A DNA stretch of 61,888 nucleotides, the filler included, from Sluysia triapertura (taxonomy: Eukaryota), in the NCBI GenBank assembly GCA_046118255.1. It is 5 parts of 5 records of this genome, joined end to end, with 100 filler letters (N's around TTAATTAATTAA, not from the genome) between each part and the next. Parts side by side here need not be neighbours in the genome. Positions count along the whole stretch, not along the records: positions 12,555 to 23,563 come from JBJNIA010190230.1; positions 23,664 to 37,504 come from JBJNIA010017192.1; 3 more parts are not named here. One strand, written 5' to 3'. The stretch's first letter is position 1. The number at the start of each line of letters is the position of its first letter. Under the pieces are notes generated by a model that saw only the letters and a list, made by a program, of their open reading frames with translations, was not told the DNA's origin and ran no database searches. This document shows, piece by piece, positions 13,741 to 26,248 of the stretch. Made by a program: the position numbers and the translations under genes.

Positions 13741-14170
13741 TGTGAGAATAAGTAGAGATAATATAGAATAAAGTAGAATTTTAACGTGAGTCCACCAACG
13801 TGCTAGGTTTACCAGTTAGGGCTAACCGTTGGGTTTTTCTATACTTGAAAGGATTTTCACTAAGGAAAATATCTTAGTGTTTGCTTAAGTTTACAAATGC
13901 TTTAAAGTCAAGGTCTGTGTATATCTAATTAGTTTTTCAAATTTTATAAGGACAATTAAACCTAGATCTGGAGGAATTTAGTTATAGTACTGAAAACCGT
14001 TTATAATTTTAATTATAACAATACAAGTCGTTTATAAATGATTTTATGGACAACCTATTCAAAGGATTTGTGTTTGAGATAAATGATTTTGCGTTGTCAT
14101 AATTATACTTTGACTGAAAACTTTACTTGTACTGATAAATTTAGTAATTTTAAAACTATGAAAATTAATA
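13741..14170 (-). repeat. 3' LTR (left)
   Basis: Starts TGTG; agaataaag...gtgagtccaccaacgtgctagg...ccgttgg shared with 22289-22593 and 41208+; inner boundary uncertain. Confidence 0.7.
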
Positions 14171-14449
14171 TATTAATGTATTTTAGTTTTTTCAGTTATC
14201 CTTAACTTAGTTATAGTGTTCTTATTTGGTTTATAACTTATAGTTTCCTTGATAATGGGTATAACTAAATTATATGGTTGTGTGATTGACCAATTGTTTA
14301 TTTTTATTCTTTCGTTAGCATTTAATATCCATGTGTATATAATTGGAAATGTTAACTCAGGGTAATAGTTCATCATAGTTGTTTGTTTCAGTGGAATTAA
14401 TTCAAGAACTGTTTTTCTATTAGTCCCATAATTTATTATAATTGAGGTA

Positions 14450-17140
14450 TTTGACAATGGTTCCATTATATCCATTGCAGTAAATTTCATTGGTGAGAGT
14501 GGTATAGGCATATGTTTTAGTGGTAATTTTGTTTTTATTCCTGTATTCTTTCTTCTACAGCAAATAGCACAATTCTTACACCATTTTTAATGTCTTCTTC
14601 TCTACTATCCCAAAAGTATTTATTTTTGATTCGTGATAATTTCTTTATGTTGATAATTGTCCATATAATTTCCCATCGTGATATTGAATTAATAATGGTG
14701 TTATTAAAGATTTTGGTACAATTGTCTTCCACTCATCTTTTGAAACTCTAAAACATAAGATACCATCTGTTATTGATAACTTTTTTGCTTGATCTTCATT
14801 TAATAATCTTTTTGCTATTGCTTCGAATGCATCTTCATCTTCTCTTTGATGTTTTATTATTTCTTTTAGTTCTTCCATTTTCCCTGAAATTGACATTTTT
14901 TGTATAAAATTTATTTTTTCTTGTTCATCAGTATTGGTTAATCGAGACATAAAATCAGCACCATTATTCATTGATCCTGGTTTATATATTATTTGTAGAT
15001 CGAATTCTGCTAACTTGTGAACTATCTATTTAATCGACTTACTTCTATGGTTGTAGAGATATGTTAATGGTTTATGATCTGTATATATAAATACATTCTG
15101 TCCTAATAAATAATATGTAAATAGTTTACATGCATATACAATTGCTAAACATTCCTTTTCAATAGTTGAGTAGTTCAATTCGGCTTTATTTAATCTTCTA
15201 CTTGCATATGCTATTACTCCTAAATTTTCTTTATTTCTTTGTCCCAGAAATGCTCCTGTTGCAAAATTACTAGCAATTGCTGTTAATATAAAAGGTTTAC
15301 TCATATCTGGGAACATTAATAGAAAAAGTGTAGCTGTTAATCTTTTCTTTAATTCAATAAATGCCTTAGTTTGATCTTCAGTTCATTTAAATGTCACATT
15401 TTTCTGTGTTAACATTCTTAAAGGTCGAGCTATTTTTTCAAAATATTTTACGAATTTTCTATAATAATTTGCCAATCCTAAGAAACTTTGAATCTCCTTT
15501 ACATTATCTGGTGGTGGAAACTTTACAACTTTTTCTATATTTTTTGGATTCGGTTTTATGCCTTTATGTGAAACTATGTGACCTAAAAATTCAACTTGTT
15601 TTTCAGCCCATACACGTTTAGTTGGCTTAATTTTCAATCTCGCTACTTCTCAACTTTTTAATGTGTTATCTATATCAACTATATGAGTATAGAAATCTTT
15701 TGAAAATATTATGATATCATCAATATAAACCATAATATTTGTAAAACCGGATAATACGAAATTCATACATCTTTGGAATGTTGCCCGTGAGCCTGTTAAT
15801 CCGACCCACATTTATATAATTCATATCCGCCTGAAAATGCTGTTTTATGTTTATCTTTTTCCGCAATTTCTATTTGCCAGTAACTACTCTGAAAATCTAA
15901 TGTAGTAAAATATTTAACGTTTCCTAATTTATCCAACATCATATCGATTCTTGGTAATGGAAACACATCTTTTCTTGTTATTTTGTTATTTTTCTCTAAA
16001 ATCTGTACAAAATCGCATAGTTCCGTCTTTCTTTTTAACTAACAACACTGGTGATGATAATGGAGAAAAAACTTGGTCTAATAACTCCAGCCCTTTTCAT
16101 TGTATCTATTTTATCCTTCATTTCTTGTTGATTACATAATGGAATTCTATATGGTTTATTTCTAATTACTTTATTTTCTCTTAGTGGAATTTCATGTTTT
16201 ATTATGACAGAATTTCCAATATCGTATTTATTTCTCGCAATTGCCCGAGGCTATCTATAAATGACTTTGTATAATGTTCCTTTTTGTCGTTTAGTTAAAT
16301 TTTTAATTTTTATTTGTATTTCTTCATAATCTTCTTCATCTTAAATATTTCTTTGTAGGCTTATCATTCGACACCATGTTTATTTGTGTTTGTAACTTAT
16401 AATTAACTATTTCTCCTAATTTTTCACCTGCATATAACCATATTTTCAGCAGTATAATTTATTATTCTTATAAGTATATTTCCATCTGAAAATTGAATCA
16501 GCAATGCCTATGTTAAATTTTTCTTAATTATTTTTTGAAGCTATATACATTATTTGACCATTTCTTAGACTGCTGGTTTTTTCTGGTGTTATACATTCTT
16601 TTCTCTTAAGTAATCAACGTGGTTATTCCAAGGTAACATCGTCATCATCTATTGAACTCTCAGTATATGTATCCATTAACCTTGCTATACTAAAATCTAA
16701 TGAAACTCATTTTAATTGTGAAAGTACATTCATACCTAATATCATATCTTCCGGACATTTTCTAATTACTTTGCATTTTATTTCAATTTTATTTTGTTCA
16801 ATTTCACGTAATATTTTTAATAATCCTAATATTTCAATTTCGGCGCCAGTTACTCCTGTCATATATGAGTGTTGTTTAGCTAAATTATTAAGTTCCTTAG
16901 TAGTTAATAATGATTCACTTATTAAGGATGCAACTGCTCCTGTATCTACCAATGCAGATAACATTCTTCTATTAACCATCATGCCCACCATAGGTTTTCT
17001 TGCGCTATTATAATTATTATTTGCGCATATAATATAAACTAAATTTCTTTGAGGAGGTTGATATAAAATTTGTTTTTCTTCTTCATTATTACCAACTTGT
17101 TCTATATTAACTGTTTGTGGAGCTATTTCTTCGGTTTGTT
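14450..17140 (-). pseudogene. pol: Gypsy pol: aspartic protease, RT, RNase H, integrase zinc finger; integrase core deleted
   Basis: ALVDTGA...MILGMN (PR); [45 protein letters not shown] (RT); YASRRL...NYSTIEKECLAIV...TDHKPL (RH); HDGKLYG...WCKNCAIC, then AMDIMEPL before homology stops. Confidence 0.95.
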
Positions 17141-18320
17141 TTTAAAGGATTTAATTGAGTATGAGCGTGATAATGTAACAGAAACTAAGCTAAAAATGGA
17201 AAACAGCCATTTATTAATTTCCAAGTGAAACCTGATATTTTATAAATACCTACTACTGAAAATATTTTAAGATCAATGACTTTACTTATTACATATATAC
17301 CTATTAAACCAGAAAAAGCTTGACCTATTACTAGAAAATTTCCCAAATTTGTTTTAAAGTATTATGTGCTGCTTTCTGAAAGTGATCGGGTCCTAATAAT
17401 AATTCAAAATTTATTTTACCATCTTTTTCTACGATTGCTTTATCGACTATATTTGTAAGTACTTTTGACCTTTTAATAGGAAATAGTATTTCATGTCTAG
17501 CTGCTTGAATATCTTCGTTAGAATAAATTCCTCATCTTGGAATATTTTTGGTAACTGAAAATTTTAATTTCGTTTTTAATTCTGTTAATTTCTGAAGTTT
17601 TAACTTGGCTTCTATTCGATAAAGATATACACAAATTACATAAATTTTATATTCTGGAGCCATTACATTTGAACAGTATAATGTTTTTGGTTTAAGTTTA
17701 TAAGTTGGCATAATGATTCTAGTCACTGGTTCTAAATAAGATTTTTGATTTTTGTATATTATTGGTAATCCATTAGTACATTTATTTTCTTGTCTTATTT
17801 GTACTTCTACTTTTCTACATTTGTATGGATATAAAACTTCACCCATTAATATACCAAAAACTCCTTCTTCTAAAAGAAGTAATGGTGCCTCTAAATCTGG
17901 GTCTGTTATTGCTACTGCTAATTTAGTTCTTAATATTTCTTTGTTTATTGACTGTCTACCTATCATGGCTTGATAAACTTTTTTCAATGGCATTAGTCCT
18001 AAAAGGTAATAAAAATCAATTTTATTGTTAAAATACGTATTTAATTCTAAATTTTGTGTCTGTTCCTTTCTTGGCTTTTAGTATTGTCTTTTCGGATAAA
18101 TATATTCCTGGTAATTTGTTTATGTAATCTCTTTTCCACATCTGATTACTGATTTCTTTGATACAAATATTAGTCCATCTTCTTCTTTATTTGCCATTAT
18201 AATAGTTGAAGTTTCTATTTCATTAAGTCTTTTCTTTCTTGTATATCTAAATTATCTTTATAAATTTGTTTTTTGTTTATCTCTTCTATTGCTAATTCAT
18301 CTTCGTTTTGATACATAAAT
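17107..18320 (-). pseudogene. env: env, C-terminal part: chuvirus/gB-like class III glycoprotein including TM region
   Basis: RCG...NLELNTYFNNKIDF; GEVLYPYKCRKVEVQIRQENKCTNGLPI...YLEPVTRII...C; GIYSNEDIQAARHEILFP; IWGNFLVIGQAFSGLIGIYVI (one frameshift), all in the order seen in chuviral glycoproteins. Confidence 0.85.
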
Positions 18321-18326
18321 CTCGAG

Positions 18327-19990
18327 ATTAGTTTAAATTTAATTTGTTTCAAAAATATTAATGGACAATGAAATTTTTCTAATTCTCATATTAATATAGA
18401 TTCACCAATACCACACTGGTTTGATCACTCTTACAAAATGGTATAGATATCATAGTACCTTTATCTAAGTTAAAAATTTCGTTAAAAGATTTTAAGCTTA
18501 CTACATAGTGCGGTGCCACTCCTATCTCAATAAATTCGTTACCCTCAAAAAATTTATAGAATTCTGTATTCAACCCATTCATTTCACTATTACTTTCCCA
18601 CATTAACATAAAATATAAATCATACTCTCCAAGCTCCAAATTTCACACTAAAATGATTTTTATCAACATCATAGTTCCTCCCTCTCTGATTACCATCCAC
18701 ACCATCATCATCACCTTTATCATCTTTCTTTATTTTATTACTTTTTCAATTTTTAGTATTATTATTATTTTTATAATTTTTATTAATTTTATTATTTTTA
18801 TAATTTTTATTAATTTTATTATTTTTATAATTTTTTAATTTTTTACTACTTTTATTATTTTAATTACTTTTATAATTATTATTACTTTAATTATTTTTAT
18901 TATTTTTTTATTATTTTGAATATTATTTTATTATTTCGAATACTCATTTGCAAAAATTAGTGCAATATACTTCAAAATCTATGTTTATGCTAAAAATTTT
19001 AGTATAACTTTAGTAAACAAAATCGAGATGAATAATATAAGTAGCAAACGGGATGAATTGTTAGAAGCCCTCTTCAATGAGGTTACTAATTCTTCTGAAC
19101 AAGTTATGAATGAAGTCGAAGGTAAGATTTTACTGTGGTATATTTTGAAGAAAAGTCTATCCATAATGTGCCAGTAGATCTAAACATTGGCGATTTAGAA
19201 AAATTATTAGATCCAAAATTTTAATCCACAAATTTTAAATTACTTTAAATCTGCATTATTCAATCCAACGACTGATATTACATGTGAAAGTGAAGTCGAA
19301 GGTAAGCTAAATCATTTTTAACTTACTGTAGTGTATCTTAAAGACAAGTTCACTCATAATCTGCCAGCTGATTTTATCATTGGTGATGTAAAGAAACTAT
19401 TACAATCAAATTCAAACGTTCTCGCACTAAATCACGAATGGACCTTACGCGGGATATTAGTTGTTATTATTAATCTAGACGATTTAATTTTTATTAAATC
19501 TTATAAAGAAATTGTTGTTGCTTTATCTCTAATTCAAACTGATCGTCCATTTAAAATGGAAGCTGACATTAAAGTCTTTGTGGCCAGCAAGGTTGTATTT
19601 GATTTGAGTTTTCATTTTGTATCATGCGCCGACAGCGTGCTTTCCCTGTATTATTATCATTATTATTATTATTGTGGTAAAATTTTCAACTTTATTTTTG
19701 AAATAGATAAAATAGATATATTTGGAAATTAAAAAGACTAGACATGACCTTAAGTCTAAGTTTTATTTTGAATTTTTAGCTCTTGTAACGGACCTTAAGT
19801 CTAATTTTTGAGAACAAATTCAAACTAATTTAATTAATGTATTTTTTAAATTATACTCGTTTCATTTCATAAAACCTTTGTTAACTACTAATTTTATTAC
19901 ACAAGAGTCACAATATTCTACCACTCGATCACATCACATAGATTTTCTGAGCTATAACATAGGTTTACTGAGCTATAACATAGGTTTACT
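18327..19990. mobile_element. ~1.6-kb insertion interrupting env
   Basis: env homology stops at ~20005 and resumes at ~18320; imperfect inverted repeat 18327-18356 / 19804-19829; 27-nt and 21-nt tandem repeats inside. Confidence 0.6.
19028..19732 (+). pseudogene. Decayed gene with two tandem (180-bp period) ubiquitin-like-fold segments
   Basis: gaagtcgaaggtaag at 19112 and 19292, followed by FTVVYFEEKSIHNVPVDLNIGDLEKLL and LTVVYLKDKFTHNLPADFIIGDVKKLLQSNSNV. Confidence 0.45.
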
Positions 19991-20004
19991 GAGCCATAAA
20001 GTAA

Positions 20005-20486
20005 ATTTTTCTTTCGTATTCTATTGAACCTCGCTCGTACGTACCATCCATTAATACGTTACCAGCGGTTCTAACATTATAAATTATTTTCTCATTATTT
20101 TAAATTTTTAATCTGTCTCCTTTCTTTAAACTTAAATATCCAGTTTCAAAAGCGTCACGACAATTGTTAGGCGATATTTTGAATGGTTTTAATATATTTG
20201 ATATATAAATAATCGAAGAGTGACTGTGGTGTCCGCAATACCAAATAACTACGAATCTTTTTACTAAACATTCTCTAGCCAGTGTTGTAACCAAATTTCC
20301 TTCTTGATAAACATTTAATACTTTCATATCTTTTATTTTGACTCTATTTGGTCTTGATTCGGGACAATCTTCAGTGTCCGATAAAGAAAACTTTCTTCCA
20401 ATTTGGAGTTGGCTAAAGTCAAAAGCCTTTACAGCATTGGTTTAATGAATTCCAAATAATGCTAGTAAAACAATTATAAATAACAT
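20005..20486 (-). pseudogene. env: env, N-terminal part with signal peptide
   Basis: MLFIIVLLALFGIH*TNAVKAFD...FSLSDTEDCP...VYQE...ARECLVKR...WYCGHHSHSS...CRDAFETG...AGNVLMDG; YCGxHSH is characteristic of chuvirus-like glycoproteins. Confidence 0.85.
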
Positions 20487-21341
20487 ATTATTTATTGAAG
20501 TTCCGAAATGTAGATATGATTCATTTGAATTTCCTTTATTGTTAATTAACTTCAATATCGTGTTAAACGTTCATTTGAAATATTCTTTTCTTCTTTTTCT
20601 TTAAAAATGTTCTTCTAACCACCTAGTTTTTCAATCAGAGTACTTAAGTTCTTATCAACAAAGTTTATGACTTTATCTCTCTTTTCTTTAGTTAAAAGTG
20701 CTGCTTTATTACATTGAAATATTATATAAGCCATTATTATTTTAAGTCTTTCTTTATTAATTCAGACATTGATTTGTTTATTTATTATGGCTTTGTACCG
20801 GCCGTTATCTATGTAATCATCTATATCCGTATTTTGATTTTTTTTCATCATTTTAATTATCTTAAATATTGCATTTTTTTATTGTTTTAATTCAGGTAAT
20901 AATATCTTATATTTATCAAAGTTTGAAAATTTATTAGATACTAGTGCATAAATTATACTTTTGGTATTTAATGTTTATTCTAAATTTTTATAAGTAATTT
21001 TAGTTAAATCAATGGGTTTTCTATGTCTTGGAGTTGGGATTATTGCTTCATCTTCATTATCTTTATTTTATTGGTTTCTTTCTCTTCAGTTTCTATATGT
21101 GGATTTTTATTTAAATCTATTACGTAATCAGGTTTTTCTTAAAAATCATCTTCATTATCATTAGTCATATCTATTATTTTACCATTACCTGTACAATCTT
21201 TATTAGAATTATTTTCATTATAATTATCTCCCATTAATTCTCTTAATAATGAAATGGGGTTCTGTCTAAATCAACATCATTGTCATCATTTATTAGTTAA
21301 TCTAATTTTCGTAAATCATCTGAAGTCATTGCAGAAGTCAC

Positions 21342-21551
21342 TCATGCTTCCTCATGGTTTCCATTCATTGATAGATAACCGTAATAATTTATATAATCAT
21401 TAGGTGATAATTTCCTGTCATAAAAATATAAATCAACATCAGTTATAGTAGAGATATTTGACTTAAGTAATTCTATTATATCTTTTACAATTGAAGTTAC
21501 TGTAAGTTCCATAGTAATATTCAAAGCATTATTAATAATTATACTTATTTT
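21342..21551 (-). pseudogene. Ubiquitin-like (beta-grasp) segment in the gag-env spacer
   Basis: KISIIINNALNITMELTVTSIVKDIIELLKSN...LYFYDRKLSPNDYINYYGY aligns by eye with ubiquitin ITLEV...TIENVK...LIFAGKQLEDGRTLSDYNI. Confidence 0.55.
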
Positions 21552-21867
21552 ATTAATTCTTTAGGTTTGTCTTTTCTTTCTTTTTGTCCTATTTTCCTTA
21601 GTAATTTTCATTCATTAGTCTTATATAAACTATCTTCCTTACTTAAAATAGCTAATATTAAATTATTTCTTATCCATTTTGTATATTTAGTTCTAAATTC
21701 ATTTAAATTTCCATTTAAATCTTTCTACTTGCCATATCTGATAAAAATTCATCAACTTTTAGATAAGTTTTTTAATTTTTATTTCTGGGGTATCTATCTT
21801 TTTATTAGTTGATATTATTATTATTACTGATTCCATTTCTTCTGTGGCACTTTAATACGCATCTTCT

Positions 21868-22041
21868 TCATCTAATTTCATATTCAAAAAGAAAATCGCA
21901 AAGATCTTCCTCTGCTTCATTAAATTTTCTCATTTCAGGTAATGCCATTATCGAGTGCATTTCTCTGGCTAGTTGAGCCACATATTCCTTAAAATCATTA
22001 GGTAGTGTCATAATTTCTTAGTTTTGATCTGTAATCGTCAT
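21868..22041 (-). pseudogene. gag: gag N-terminal (capsid start) fragment
   Basis: LPEMRKFNEAEEDLCDFLFEYEIR resembles the PxFxG..ED..DFL..YE start of Gypsy capsids; first ORF after the PBS; remainder of capsid not seen. Confidence 0.6.
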
Positions 22042-22260
22042 GTAGTACAATTTGTATATCTATTTTTCTTAAAATTTAGTTAATCTGTTAATAATCAACT
22101 TAGGTAATAATTTTGCTCAAGTTTAACTTATTCTTAATGAAATCGTAATCAAATTCTTTAATCAAATTCTTAAATGCTTCAAATTTATAATCAATTCTTA
22201 TTTACAGGTCCTCAAATACTTAAATCTTTATATTTATTTTTAAATTATTTCAATACTGGT

Positions 22261-22277
22261 CCTCACTCTGGGCACCA
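22261..22277 (-). promoter_or_regulatory. Primer-binding site, tRNA-Lys(CUU)-like
   Basis: Minus strand TGGTGCCCAGAGTGAGG versus canonical TGGCGCCCAACGTGGGG (13/17), 11 nt from the LTR edge. Confidence 0.7.
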
Positions 22278-22288
22278 GTTTATTCTGC

Positions 22289-22593
22289 TGTGGTTTTTCC
22301 TAACCTTACAGAATAAAGCAACCTTATAAGTGAGTCTACCAACGTACTAAGCTAGCCGTTGGATTTTAAATAAAAGAGTTTTGATTGAAGATTAAAAACT
22401 GTTTAGTACTTACTAGCTTAGACGTAAAATTCTTTTAACTTAATGAAATATGAAGGTTATAATGAGATTTTGCGGAAATCATATGAAAAGGATTTAATTC
22501 AATTGATTTTAAGAGATCAGAATGAAATTCTGATAAAACTTTAATGCACGGGCGATTTTATGATTTTGAAACTATATAAATTGCTTAATATCA
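22289..22593 (-). repeat. 5' LTR (right)
   Basis: TGTGG...ATATCA ends; homologous to 13741-14170 and 41208+. Confidence 0.75.
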
Positions 22594-24099
22594 AAAACAA
22601 AACTTTCTTTTTTAAATAATTATGTATTAAATATTATTGGTCAATAAGTTAATAAATATTGATATACAGCAATAATTATAAATAAAGTTAATTTTTATAA
22701 AAGGGAAGTTTAAATGTATTTTGCGTGAAAACCGTTAAATGTTTTCAATATCTTTATAAAACAAAATCTAAGTATATTTTTCGTGGAATACTTATTAGTA
22801 TCAAAATCTTACAAAATAAACTAACGTATTTTAAATTATTTAAAAACAGAAGAACTCTTTATATGAATATCCTCTTGGAAGAAGACGATAGAATTCATCC
22901 GTGTACTGGATAAAAAACACTTATAAATATCGATTTCAAATATTGTCGCTGTTAACTGTATGATTTTTGAGTAAATTAGTATACATTTATATATGTTTTC
23001 ATTGGCCTTGGCCTTACTTCAATAAAACAAAATGATATTTTATACTATTAATATTTTATTACAAATATTTACATTATTCAATATTTTAAAATAATATTAA
23101 TTATTACTTACGTTACTTTCTTATTAAAATATTATATTTAATCCAAATATTTAAATTAAATCCAAGAATAAATGATTAAAATAAATGATTAAAGCAAATC
23201 AATAATTGTTAATGCACATATTGTCAAAAATGAATAATACGTATTGTTAATAATAATAAATGCGCACACAATAACATATTATCACATAAAAACTAATAAC
23301 TGCTTGTAGTGACCTCGTCATTCGGTATCAATCACAATTCATCACACAACATTCACTATAACTCATCTCACAAAGTTCAACACACTTCATCATTTAAAAA
23401 CGATACTTATATACATAAACTACTAAACGAACTATTAAACTCATTCAAAAAATAAACGTTACCATCTCATTTAATCATTATGAACTATTATTATTATTAT
23501 GATTAACATCTTTTCAAAATTCAAATTAAAGTTATAAATTTTAACTATCATGAACTATTATTANNNNNNNNNNNNNNNNNNNNNNNNNNNNNNNNNNNNN
23601 NNNNNNNTTAATTAATTAANNNNNNNNNNNNNNNNNNNNNNNNNNNNNNNNNNNNNNNNNNNNTATGTCAATTATAAACTCGTTAGAACCTCTATTTTTC
23701 TAATACTGCTTATGTAAAATTGTTGAGATTGCCCAACTGTGGAACAATAAATGAGAACGGAAGAGGTGGAATTGAAAAATTCAGGAAGAATTCGTATAAA
23801 ATTATGGCAAGGTGGGATAAAACATTTTTAAAGTAAGAATAATGAAGATGAAAACATCTATAGTCATTTTGGTAATTGAAGAATACCTTGGAGTTTCAAA
23901 GACATTGTAGAATGTCGAACCCATTGGAAAAAACTTGAGAGTTGTCAGAAAAACCTTTAACTTAAACTTAATTATTAGTAATATTAAAGATAAATTTGAT
24001 GTATTAATAATTAACATAAAGAAGTTGAAAAAGGATTCAGAATGGTAAAAGTTAAAGCATCTATAACCATTTGAATGCCTTCTAAAGTAGTAAACAACT

Positions 24100-24516
24100 T
24101 CAAAACCTTAATAAAACCTTTAAACATAAAGTGAGATTAAGTCTGAAAATATTAATTAATTTATTTAAGAAAAATAGCTTTTGTGAATAACGTTTGAATG
24201 AAGAATGTTATGTCAAAATTGTAATTGTGTATGTATTTGTTTTCAAAAGATATGATTTCATCAAAGGTAAAGAAAGCCTTAATTTTTAGAAAAGTCAAAT
24301 TTTAATTACATTTTAATTATAGAATGTTGAATTTTTCACATTTAGAATAATGGAAGTATGAAGAATAGAATATGGGATCTAGAAGTGAGTTTGAAATGTT
24401 TGTGAAGTGGTTTATATGAGAATAAGAATCTTAAACATTTTTCATTAGAAAATTAAGTTTTAAAAATTGAAAATGAATTAGATTCTAAAAAATAAAGTTA
24501 AATTCATTTTTTTAAT
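24100..24516 (+). repeat. ~400-bp dispersed repeat, copy 2
   Basis: Aligns with 925-1326. Confidence 0.85.
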
Positions 24517-26248
24517 GTTTTTGTAAAACTTAACCTATGGAAAAATATTTTTGAGCAGGGTCCGTGTAGTGTTCAGCTCATACATAAACTACTAACACAG
24601 ACGATCACAAACATTCACCACATATTACACCAACATATAATAATCTAAATAAAATAAAATATTTCTTTTAGTAACTTAAATAATATATAATATATGTTAA
24701 TGTAAACGGATTATAATATATTTAAACTACAATAACTTATTATATAATGTTACTTTTAGTCCGCCGTGATCACCTTATCCAACTCCATCAACATTGTATA
24801 AATTTCCACACCCTTTCTTGTTGTTACTATCATTCTTATTATTAATATTAGTATTATTATTGTCATTATTATTACTATTATTATTTTATGACATGTTCTA
24901 AATCGTTAATGCTTTTGATCGTCATTCTTAATCTAATTTAAAAACTGAACACATATCATAAATGGATGTATTGTTATTAACACTAACACATCCATCTAAG
25001 TTCATGCTTACAAAAAAAAGTTCCAATTTCAATTTCTAAGCTTCAAATAATAAATTAATATCATTTAAGACCAACAACAAATTTAATCATTCGAGATATA
25101 AAAGAATTTTAATTTTTCAATAACGCTTTATTTTTTGAATTTTTAATCTATTTCAGTCTACTTACAGCAATAAATAAAGAAAATAGTAGTAAATAAATTT
25201 ATTAAAATTCTATTTTTAAATATGACTCAAGATAAAAGGATGTGTTTAGTAAAAGTTTCAAATGACAAATATTCTAACAATTTTATATATATACGCTGTG
25301 TATTCTTTTTTCGTTAAAATTATTTCGTGCAAAATTATTTTTCTACATATTCGCCTATATTATAGGTTTTAAGTTCACAAAAAAGAATTTTACAATATCT
25401 TAATGGTTTTATGTAACTAACAGTTCGATTGTTATAAGTAGATATTCTGAACAAGCTTCAGTGATACTAAAACATACTTTGGAATTGTACTTTTGTTAAA
25501 GAATGTATTTAAGGAATTATAATTATTTAATAAATGTTAGAAATTGTTAAAATTTATTTACTTATAACAATCAACAGTAGTAATTATATAATTTATTGTG
25601 TTTAATTGAATTCTAGTATGGCATTACTTAAAATTATGAATATAATAAACTAATTAATGCAAACATTTTTTGGATGAGAAATGTATACAAGATTTTCTAT
25701 TAACGGAATTTTTTTCGAAAGTTTTTAAACGATTATTCTTAATAATTTGTTGTGTATTATTATTATTATTTTTATTATTATTGTTGTCTTTATGATTATT
25801 ATTATCATTATTTTTATATTTTTTTGTTTTAATTTTGCGAAATTATTATTAGCTATATAGTTCGAAGGTCGAACCAGAGATAAAGGTATCAATTTAAAAT
25901 ATTTCAACATTACAATTTAAAATTATTCAGAAAAGTTTTCAAGAGTTTATGTTAACAATGATTCGCGATTGTTGTAGTATCTATCAAATAGTTAGCCAGA
26001 CGATTTCGGAGTTTAATTTGAGAGATGGGAAGTGTCGGGTCATCTTGGTACTGCCATGGTTGTAATAAATTATTCTGCATTGAAGTTCAACTCAGATACA
26101 TGTGGATCTAAACGTATTTACACGTCTTTGAAAAACAAATTATTAGATATTGTCGATTCGACCTTTATGCATCCAGTTATGACAAATACACTTATATGTA
26201 TATAATGAAGCTGGGATTACCCAAGATAATGTACTGCCTGTAAATACA

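Larger units (their letters stand above)
13741..22593 (-). mobile_element. Decayed Ty3/Gypsy LTR retroelement with gag-env-pol order
   Basis: Related LTRs at both ends, PBS next to the right LTR, candidate 5-bp TSD AAAAC (13736-13740 and 22594-22598), all genes on the minus strand. Confidence 0.8.

Noticed and set aside
15391-18838. Plus-strand ORFs 15391, 15951, 16771, 17752 and 18653
   Set aside because: Antisense shadows of pol/env or low-complexity sequence.
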